Of a stretch of 64,000 nucleotides of DNA, positions 1 to 6,592 are shown piece by piece. The notes under the pieces are model-generated. The model saw nothing but the letters and a program-made list of their open reading frames with translations. It was not told the DNA's origin and searched no databases. The position numbers and the translations under genes were made by a program. The stretch's first letter is position 1. The number at the start of each line of letters is the position of its first letter. The stretch spans positions 25,205 through 89,204 of the forward strand of contig JANOHP010000015.1 of assembly GCA_031406575.1 (NCBI GenBank), in the 5' to 3' direction. This DNA comes from Hyphomicrobiales bacterium (GTDB lineage: Bacteria > Pseudomonadota > Alphaproteobacteria > Rhizobiales > Hyphomicrobiaceae).

Positions 1-239
1 GAGATATCGGCGCCCGACACGAACGCTTTGCCACCCGCTCCTGAGACGACCAGGACCCGAATGTCGGGGTCCTTGGCGAACTCGCCGAGCAGCATGATCA
101 GCCGCTCCCACATATCGAGCGAGACGGCGTTGCGCTTGGCCGGATTGTTGAAAATGATCTGCGCCACACCCCCCTCGCGCCGCGCCAGCAACTTTTCTTC
201 GGTCGTGAGGTCAGGCTTGGCTGAGCTGGTCGCAGTCAT
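1..239 (-). CDS. enoyl-CoA hydratase/isomerase (crotonase) family protein, N-terminal 79 codons; gene continues past the left edge
   Basis: My reverse-complement translation from ATG 239-237 gives MTATSSAKPDLTTEEKLLARREGGVAQIIFNNPAKRNAVSLDMWERLIMLLGEFAKDPDIRVLVVSGAGGKAFVSGADI. This is a typical crotonase N-terminus (NxPxxxNA ... GAGxxAFxxGxD). It is absent from the ORF track because there is no stop in the window. Confidence 0.8.
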   Translation of the reverse strand, partial: MTATSSAKPDLTTEEKLLARREGGVAQIIFNNPAKRNAVSLDMWERLIMLLGEFAKDPDIRVLVVSGAGGKAFVSGADI

Positions 240-417
240 TGGCAGCGTCCTCATTGCGGGAAGGGTGATGTTGGGGAATGTGTAGGGGGGAATTGGGGTG
301 GGTGCAATGAGGGGGGTGGGTTCAGGAAAGCCTGTTCCATCGTGCCGCATGTTGCACGATGGGCGACTGTTTCGTTGCAACCGGCGCGGCACGGTCATGA
401 TATCGATGATGCTCACA

Positions 418-1302
418 TCAGCTGCTTGCCTTGTCTGCGGAAATCCGCGCGGCCATGGCGGTGTCAAACGTTTGTTTCATACGGTTGAAATCGGCTTCGC
501 GGCCGGTGAAATGGCGAAACGAATCGACGGCCTGACACACGTTCATGCCGTCGCCCGTGACTACGCGGCAGCCTTTGGCCTGGGCAGCCTTGATGAGTTG
601 GGTCTGGAGTGGGGTGTAGATGATGTCGGCGACCCAATGCGCAGATGACAGGTAGTCCGGAGGCACGGGATTTCCCGGGATGCCCACCATGCCGATTGGT
701 GAGGCGTTGACGATACCTTTGGCTCCGCGAACGGCCGCACCCAAGTCGTCCGTCTGGCGACTGCGCGAGGGACCGAAGTACTTGGCCAAGTCGGCCGCCA
801 AGCTACCGGCTTTCACGGGATCGACATCGTAAATATCGACCCGACCAGCGCCCATATCCATCAGGGCGAAGGCGCACGCACGGCCGGCGCCCCCGGCGCC
901 AACGAGTGCGATTGTCTGGTGCTGCAACGCCTTGACACCGAATGTGGCCTCGAGGCTGCGCCGGAACCCACTGCGATCCGTGTTGTAGCCAGTCGCCCGG
1001 CCGCCCTGTTCGAAGGTGACGGTGTTGACGGCACCGATCTGACGCGCTTCGTCGGAAATCGCATCGAGCAGCGGCATCACCGCCTGCTTCACCGGAAATG
1101 TGACGTTGATGCCGGTGAGCCCCACTTGTCTTACGGCCTCGAAGACGTCCGCGAGGTGGCGCTGCGGGGAAACGTCGAGATCCATCAGGTGGTAATGGCC
1201 GCGCAGGCCGAATGCGCCGAGCGCATCCTCCTGCAGTGTTGGAGCCAACGACTTCAGGATGTTGCCGCCGATGAGGCCGAGCAGATAGGGAGGTTGGTGC
1301 AT
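418..1302 (-). CDS. shikimate/quinate dehydrogenase family protein
   Basis: 294-aa ORF with NVTFPVKQ, GYNTD and the NAD(P) loop LVGAGGAGRA, typical of AroE/YdiB-type enzymes. Confidence 0.8.
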   Translation of the reverse strand: MHQPPYLLGLIGGNILKSLAPTLQEDALGAFGLRGHYHLMDLDVSPQRHLADVFEAVRQVGLTGINVTFPVKQAVMPLLDAISDEARQIGAVNTVTFEQGGRATGYNTDRSGFRRSLEATFGVKALQHQTIALVGAGGAGRACAFALMDMGAGRVDIYDVDPVKAGSLAADLAKYFGPSRSRQTDDLGAAVRGAKGIVNASPIGMVGIPGNPVPPDYLSSAHWVADIIYTPLQTQLIKAAQAKGCRVVTGDGMNVCQAVDSFRHFTGREADFNRMKQTFDTAMAARISADKASS

Positions 1303-1468
1303 TCAATTTCACCATAGCCGTTTCGAGGTCGCCAAGACGAAACAGGTCAGCTCGACGCCGCGTGCTGTTCGACAGCCATCTGCCGCTTTACGATCGGTCC
1401 CGCAGCTTGCGATGCCGAATTGGTCGACCAAGCGAATGGAGAACAGCGTGCCCCATCGGCTCACCCCC

Positions 1469-1567
1469 CTAAACCGCCTCATCCTTGCGCAACTTCGCAA
1501 TATCATCCGCCGAATAGCCGACGTCTGCCAGGACTTTTCTCGCTTGTTGGCCCAGCATCGGCGGTGA
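1469..1567 (-). pseudogene. relic of the last ~33 codons of a family III CoA-transferase gene (no gene body)
   Basis: The reverse strand reads ...SPPMLGQQARKVLADVGYSADDIAKLRKDEAV* (TAG at 1469-1471). This parallels the real C-terminus at 2413-2514, ...PPPTLGQQTDEVLADVGYSAGDIAKLRKDGAV*. About 80% nt identity by hand count, including the C-run after the stop. The listed 93-aa ORF 1309..1590 is in a different frame. Confidence 0.7.
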
Positions 1568-1593
1568 GCATCTGCTGCTGCCTGCCGCATGGC

Positions 1594-2016
1594 TCATGTA
1601 TTGGGCAGCCCCCAGGGATTGACGATGATGAGGCCGAGGCCGGTAAAATCGCTCGCGTTACGGGTGGCGAGGTGGAGGCCGCGCTGCAACGCGGTGGCGG
1701 CGATCAGAGCGTCGGCAAGATGCAGCACGCGGCCCTTGGCCTGGGCGTCGGCGCGCAGCTCTGCGGCGCGACGGGCAAGCGCCCTATCGATGTCGATGAC
1801 GGCATCGTCGAAGGTGGCGAGAAAGCGATCGACGGCGGTGGCGAGGTCGGTGCGGCGCTGACCCAGTGGCAGGCGGCAGATGCCGAAGTGCAACTCGTGG
1901 ATGGTGAGGACCGAAACGAAGGCGCGATCCAACCCGGAAAGGAAACCGAGTACGTGGGCATTTGGCGCCTGTCGGGTGGTTTCCGAGATGACGTTGGTGT
2001 CGAGCAGGATGGTCAC
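1594..2016 (-). CDS. vapC: PIN-domain ribonuclease toxin VapC
   Basis: VTILLDTNVISETTRQ...LTIHELHFG...GRVLHLADALIAATALQRGLHLATRNASDF is the PIN acidic-residue pattern. GTG start at 2016-2014 overlaps the antitoxin stop (GTGA). The longer 194-aa track ORF has an Arg-rich, non-coding-looking N-terminus. Confidence 0.8.
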   Translation of the reverse strand: MTILLDTNVISETTRQAPNAHVLGFLSGLDRAFVSVLTIHELHFGICRLPLGQRRTDLATAVDRFLATFDDAVIDIDRALARRAAELRADAQAKGRVLHLADALIAATALQRGLHLATRNASDFTGLGLIIVNPWGLPNT

Positions 2017-2303
2017 GGCGTGTCTGGGTTGCGCGCGGCCACGGGCTCGAAGGGGCTGTCGCGGGGCGGGTCGCAGCGATCCGGCAGCTGCAGCTCGTCG
2101 GCGTCCTTGGCGGCGCGCGGCATGTTGTCGACGAGCCAGGAGCCGAGAGGACGAGCGGTGGTGTTGAGCCTGTCCCACACATCCTCGGGCACCAGCACAT
2201 AGCGCCGTTGCGTGCCGATGCGCTGCGGGCCTTCGGTGCTTGCGAGCCGCAGAATTTCCGACAGCCGGGCCTTGGCGTCGGCGATGGTCCAGACTTGGGT
2301 CAT
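2013..2303 (-). CDS. vapB: Phd/YefM-type antitoxin (VapB partner)
   Basis: The N-terminus MTQVWTIADAKARLSEILRLASTEGPQRI is the Phd/YefM antitoxin signature. The gene lies immediately upstream of vapC with a 4-nt overlap. Confidence 0.75.
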   Translation of the reverse strand: MTQVWTIADAKARLSEILRLASTEGPQRIGTQRRYVLVPEDVWDRLNTTARPLGSWLVDNMPRAAKDADELQLPDRCDPPRDSPFEPVAARNPDTP

Positions 2304-2334
2304 GCGGGCGATGATCTCGGCTAAAGCAATTTTT

Positions 2335-2369
2335 ACGGATACTAGTCCATACTAGTCCGTATATGTCAA
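2335..2369 (-). promoter_or_regulatory. AT-rich promoter/operator of vapBC with tandem 10-bp repeats
   Basis: The coding (minus) strand reads TTGACATATACGGACTAGTATGGACTAGTATCCGT. It has a perfect TTGACA -35 (plus 2364-2369). GGACTAGTAT occurs twice in tandem (plus ATACTAGTCC at 2339-2348 and 2349-2358), each containing a TAGTAT -10-like hexamer, flanked by ACGGA/TCCGT. It lies 30-65 nt upstream of the vapB ATG in a ~40% GC patch. Confidence 0.5.
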
Positions 2370-2412
2370 GAATTGTTATAGAGAACTCATGGCCTTTATA
2401 GATCGACCCCCC

Positions 2413-3597
2413 CTAAACCGCCCCATCCTTGCGCAACTTCGCAATATCGCCGGCGGAATAACCGACGTCTGCCAGCACCTCGTCCGTCTGCTGGCCCAGC
2501 GTCGGTGGTGGGCGTTTGATGCTGGCTTTGGACCGGCTCATGAGGATGGGTTGGCCGAGAACTTCGGTGGCGCCGCGTTCTTGGCTCTGCATGGGTTGAG
2601 CGAGACCCAGATGACGCACTTGCGCGAGGCCGAACACCTGATCGATGGAGTTGATCTCGCCGGCCGGGCAGCCGTGGGCGTTGAGACGCTCGATCCAGTA
2701 GGTCGCCGTGTTCTGGATGGTGTGCTTTTCGATCAGGGCATTGAGCGCCTTACGGTTCTTCGAACGGCCCTTGCCGTCTTTGAAGTCGGGATCGGCAAAG
2801 CCCGGGTCTTCGAAGAGCGCGATGAACTTTTCCCACATCTTCTGCCCGGCGACGGCGATGTTGATGTAGCCATCGCTGGTCTTGAAGACGCCGGTCGGGA
2901 TCGAGGTCGGGTGGTCGTTTCCAGCTTGGGGCGCTACGTCTGCGTCCATCAGCCAGCGCGAAGCTTGGAAATCCAGCATGAAGACCTGGGCTTGGAGCAG
3001 CGAGGTCTGCACCCACTGGCCCTTGCCCGACTTCTCGCGCTCCATCAGCGCCAACAGGATGCCCTGTGAGCAGAAGATGCCCGCCGTCAGATCGGCGACG
3101 GGAATGCCGACGCGCATCGGGCCTTTGCCCGGCTCGCCGGTGATCGACATCAGACCGCCCATGCCCTGCGCGATCTGGTCGAAGCCGGGCCGATCGGCGA
3201 GCGGTCCATCCTGGCCGAAGCCCGAGATCGACGCATAAACGAGACGTGGATTGATCTTGGCGATCGTCTCGTAGTCGATGCCGAGCCGCTTCTTCACGTC
3301 CGGGCGGTAGTTCTCGACGATCACGTCGGCCGTCTTAGCGAGCGCCAGGAACACCTCTTTGCCGGCTTTCGCCTTGAGGTTGAGCGTCATCGACCGCTTG
3401 TTGCGGTGCAGGTTCTGGAAGTCGCTGCCCGATCGCGGTCCCCCGAGCCCCACCTTGTCACTCTCGGGATCCTCGATCTTGATGACGTTGGCACCCCAGT
3501 CCGCCAACTGGCGAATGCAGGTAGGGCCCGACCGCACGCGGGTCAGATCGAGAACCGTGTAGGCGGAGAGAATGTCGCTGGCAGGCTCGAAGGGCAT
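2413..3597 (-). CDS. CaiB/BaiF family III CoA-transferase
   Basis: MPFEPASDILSAYTVLDLTRVRSGPTCIRQLADWGANVIKIE... plus ...GQDGPLADRPGFDQIAQGMGGLMSITG is the family III CoA-transferase pattern. Start moved to ATG 3597 (M34 of the track ORF), which fits the usual N-terminus. Confidence 0.85.
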   Translation of the reverse strand: MPFEPASDILSAYTVLDLTRVRSGPTCIRQLADWGANVIKIEDPESDKVGLGGPRSGSDFQNLHRNKRSMTLNLKAKAGKEVFLALAKTADVIVENYRPDVKKRLGIDYETIAKINPRLVYASISGFGQDGPLADRPGFDQIAQGMGGLMSITGEPGKGPMRVGIPVADLTAGIFCSQGILLALMEREKSGKGQWVQTSLLQAQVFMLDFQASRWLMDADVAPQAGNDHPTSIPTGVFKTSDGYINIAVAGQKMWEKFIALFEDPGFADPDFKDGKGRSKNRKALNALIEKHTIQNTATYWIERLNAHGCPAGEINSIDQVFGLAQVRHLGLAQPMQSQERGATEVLGQPILMSRSKASIKRPPPTLGQQTDEVLADVGYSAGDIAKLRKDGAV

Positions 3598-3707
3598 CGC
3601 GGGACTGGCCTCGGCTCGAGTGAAGTTCGGCAACGATTGTGTCGCCGCGTGGCCGGATCCTGTCAACAGCCGATCGTGGGTGCCGGGTATCACCAACCCG
3701 AGTAGAT

Positions 3708-3793
3708 TGGTGCGGACGGCGGGACTTGAACCCGCACGACGTTGCCGTCTCAGGATTTTAAGTCCTGTGTGTCTACCGTTTCACCACGTCCGC
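3708..3793 (-). tRNA. tRNA-Leu (anticodon UAA)
   Basis: The reverse complement GCGGACGTGGTGAAACGGTAGACACACAGGACTTAAAATCCTGAGACGGCAACGTCGTGCGGGTTCAAGTCCCGCCGTCCGCACCA folds as a cloverleaf. It has a 7-bp acceptor stem, anticodon stem CAGGA/TCCTG with loop CTTAAAA (anticodon TAA), a long variable arm, T-arm GCGGG-TTCAAGT-CCCGC and an encoded CCA. Confidence 0.9.
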
Positions 3794-3984
3794 ATGCAGC
3801 ACGTGGGGCGAACCCCCATGCCGCTCGCGCTTTTAGCGGGCGTGATGGCGGTCCACAAGCATGCGTCGAGCAGAGCTCGGTAACAGTTCCCGCTTGATTG
3901 CGCCCGCACGGGGGGAGCAATGTCGCGACCGAGTCCTCGGTCGATGGCGGCACGGGACTCTCACCTGCGGAATGGCCCTGACCT

Positions 3985-4731
3985 ATGAGCATCAAGTCCA
4001 CCTTCTTCGGCGTCGTGTCCCGCTCGGACCAGCCCAAGCGCGACACGCTGCGCCGCTTGCGGGCACGGTCCAAGCCCGTCGGCAGGCGACAGGAATTACG
4101 GCCGCGGCTCGTGTTGGCGAGCGCCAGTCCGCGCCGCATGATGCTGTTGGCACAAGTGGGTGTGGAGCCCGATGCGCTGCGACCGTCGTCGATTGACGAG
4201 ACGCCCCTGCGCGGTGAGATGCCCCGCAGCCTGGCAATGCGGCTGGCTCGCGCAAAAGCCGAATCGGCACGCGATCTCATTGCCGACGATGCCGAACTGG
4301 CCGAAGCCTACGTGCTGGCGGCCGATACGGTCGTTGCTTCGGGTCGCCGGGATATTTTCGGCAAACCCAACGATGTCGATGAAGCCTTGGCTATGCTTGA
4401 GCGCTTGTCGGGCCGGTCACATCGCGTGCTGACCGGCGTCTGCCTCGTGACGCCCGATGATCGAGTGCGGTTGAAACTCGTCGACACGCGGGTGCGGTTC
4501 AAGCGCTTGTCGCGTGAGGAAAAAGAAGCGTACTTGGCGTCTCGCGAGTGGCGCGGCAAGGCCGGAGGATATGCCATTCAGGGGCTCGCTGGATGCTTCG
4601 TGCAGCGTCTGGTCGGGTCCTACACCAATGTTGTGGGGCTGCCCTTGACCGAAGTCGCCGCGATGCTTGTGGGCGAGGGCTTTCCCATCCATTTCAATTG
4701 GTTGAAGGCTGGCGAAACAGAGGCGGAATAG
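3985..4731 (+). CDS. maf: Maf-like nucleoside triphosphate pyrophosphatase
   Basis: [14 protein letters not shown]...ADTVV...[10 protein letters not shown]...NVVGLPL are Maf motifs. ATG 3985 gives an unusually long basic N-terminal extension. An in-frame GTG at 4111 is an alternative start. Confidence 0.8.
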   Translation: MSIKSTFFGVVSRSDQPKRDTLRRLRARSKPVGRRQELRPRLVLASASPRRMMLLAQVGVEPDALRPSSIDETPLRGEMPRSLAMRLARAKAESARDLIADDAELAEAYVLAADTVVASGRRDIFGKPNDVDEALAMLERLSGRSHRVLTGVCLVTPDDRVRLKLVDTRVRFKRLSREEKEAYLASREWRGKAGGYAIQGLAGCFVQRLVGSYTNVVGLPLTEVAAMLVGEGFPIHFNWLKAGETEAE

Positions 4732-4737
4732 GTCGAC

Positions 4738-4983
4738 GTGATCAAGCTGGTGGAACAACCCGAACCAACGCGCGGCGGCAAATGTCCGGTCTGCCGCAAA
4801 CCCACGGATGCCGAAAACAGGCCATTCTGTTCGCGCCGGTGTGCCGATCTCGACTTGTCGCGTTGGCTCGGCGGCGGCTACGCCATCGCGGGCTCGGTCG
4901 ATTCGGATGAAGACGGCGACGATGCTACGACTCGCCGCGGGCCGGCCGACGGAGCAAGGAGCGCGACCGATGAAGATGAGTGA
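4738..4983 (+). CDS. yacG: DNA gyrase inhibitor YacG (zinc finger)
   Basis: CPVCRKPTDAENRPFCSRRCADLDLSRWLGGGY is the YacG Cys4 zinc-finger motif. GTG start, adjacent to maf as in many proteobacteria. Confidence 0.8.
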   Translation: MIKLVEQPEPTRGGKCPVCRKPTDAENRPFCSRRCADLDLSRWLGGGYAIAGSVDSDEDGDDATTRRGPADGARSATDEDE

Positions 4984-5302
4984 CATTCCTTTCGGCACGA
5001 CCGACTGGGCCAGCGTCGCGCCGACCGAGCATCGGGGTGAAAGCGGTATGGCGACCTGGCGAACCCGCGAATTCGGCGGCATCCGGGTTCGAATGGTGGA
5101 CTATTCGCCGAACTATCTGGCGGATCATTGGTGCCAGAAGGGTCACATCCTTCTGGTCCTCGCCGGCGAACTCGAGACCGAACTCGACGACGGTCGCCGG
5201 GTGGTGCTGAAACCTGGCCAAAGTTATCAAGTCGCCGACGGCGCCGAGCCCCACCGCTCGCGGACCGGACCAGATGGAGCGAGGTTGTTCATTGTGGATT
5301 GA
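4970..5302 (+). CDS. cupin-fold protein (DHCW-motif type)
   Basis: MKMSDIPFGTTDW...YLADHWCQKGHILLVLAGELETELDDGR...GQSYQV. Start chosen at ATG 4970, preceded by GGAGCAAGGAG. It overlaps the yacG end by 14 nt. Confidence 0.6.
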   Translation: MKMSDIPFGTTDWASVAPTEHRGESGMATWRTREFGGIRVRMVDYSPNYLADHWCQKGHILLVLAGELETELDDGRRVVLKPGQSYQVADGAEPHRSRTGPDGARLFIVD

Positions 5303-5477
5303 GGGGGTGAGATGGTGGCGAGGGTAGTTCTTCGACAGTTGCGTTGAGGTCGTCAACCAAAGGGCGCGAAGCTCGACTCCAATCCAGAGGCTTGTGCCCA
5401 AAATTTGCGCACCACAGCACTTGATCCGGCCGGCGTTCTGGCCGACAAGCGGCCAGATTTCGTCAAAAGGACCGACA

Positions 5478-6377
5478 ATGGCAATCCTCGTCGACCGCAA
5501 CACCAAGGTCATCTGCCAGGGCATTACGGGCAAGCAGGGCACGTATCACACGTCGGCTGCGGTCGCCTATGGCACCCAGGTCGTGGGCGGTGTGACGCCG
5601 GGCAAGGGCGGCTCCAAGCATCCCGAGGCGAGCCTGGCCCACTTGCCGATGTTCGATTCGGTGATCGAGGCGAAAGCGGTGACCGGCGCCACAGCGACGT
5701 CGATCTATGTGCCGCCGCCCTTTGCGGCAGACGCCATCCTCGAGGCGATCGACGCCGAGATGCCTCTAATCGTGTGCATCACGGAAGGGGTTCCCGTGAT
5801 GGATATGATCAAGGTCAAGCGGGCGCTTTCGGGATCGAAATCGCGGCTCATCGGGCCGAATTGTCCGGGCGTGCTGACCACGGACGCCTGCAAGATCGGC
5901 ATCATGCCGGGTAACATCTTCAGGCCGGGCGATATCGGGATTTTGTCGCGTTCGGGAACGCTGACGTACGAAGCCGTCAAGCAGACCTCCGACGTCGGGC
6001 TGGGGCAGTCGACAGCGGTCGGCATCGGCGGCGATCCGGTGAAGGGCACCGAGTTCATCGATGTTCTGGAAATGTTTCTCTCTGATCCCGCAACCCGTGC
6101 CATCGTCATGATCGGCGAGATCGGTGGATCGGCCGAGGAAGAGGCGTGCGACTTCATCAAGAGCGAGCGGGCAAAGGGGCGCTCGAAGCCGATGATCGGC
6201 TTCATTGCCGGCTCCACGGCGCCACCGGGCCGGCGCATGGGTCACGCGGGTGCCATCATCTCCGGTGGCAAAGGCAAGGCGGAAGACAAGTTCGAAGCCA
6301 TGCGGTCCGCAGGAATTATGATTTCGCAGAGCCCGGCCGAGTTGGGGTCGACGATGATCAAAGCCTTGAAGGGTTGA
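5478..6377 (+). CDS. sucD: succinyl-CoA synthetase alpha subunit
   Basis: [40 protein letters not shown] and MGHAGAII (phosphohistidine loop). Start at ATG 5478 matches the canonical N-terminus. Confidence 0.92.
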   Translation: MAILVDRNTKVICQGITGKQGTYHTSAAVAYGTQVVGGVTPGKGGSKHPEASLAHLPMFDSVIEAKAVTGATATSIYVPPPFAADAILEAIDAEMPLIVCITEGVPVMDMIKVKRALSGSKSRLIGPNCPGVLTTDACKIGIMPGNIFRPGDIGILSRSGTLTYEAVKQTSDVGLGQSTAVGIGGDPVKGTEFIDVLEMFLSDPATRAIVMIGEIGGSAEEEACDFIKSERAKGRSKPMIGFIAGSTAPPGRRMGHAGAIISGGKGKAEDKFEAMRSAGIMISQSPAELGSTMIKALKG

Positions 6378-6592
6378 GATCGCAGCTCGCGGTCATCTTG
6401 TGGCAAGGCCGGTCGTATAAGGCTGATTTGAGTATTGGTCCGGTAGGCGTTCCTGCGGTTCGGGACTTAAAGGCCCGGATGCAATCTCCTATGTGAGAGT
6501 GATCGGAATTGACGGGGTCGCACACGCGGCGAACACCCGATTCACATCGTGCTCGTGAACACGAAGCATTCGCGAGCCACTGGAGTGCCTAT

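Noticed and set aside
1309-1590. 93-aa ORF between the aroE-like gene and vapC
   Set aside because: It is in the wrong frame relative to the clear homology. The real signal here is the CoA-transferase C-terminal relic (1469-1567), read in another frame.
3708-3793. tRNA-Leu as the attachment site of a genomic island containing vapBC
   Set aside because: There is no integrase gene and no direct repeat of the tRNA 3' end that I could see. An intact CoA-transferase gene lies between the tRNA and vapBC. The vapBC flanks are explained by the CoA-transferase-end duplication instead.
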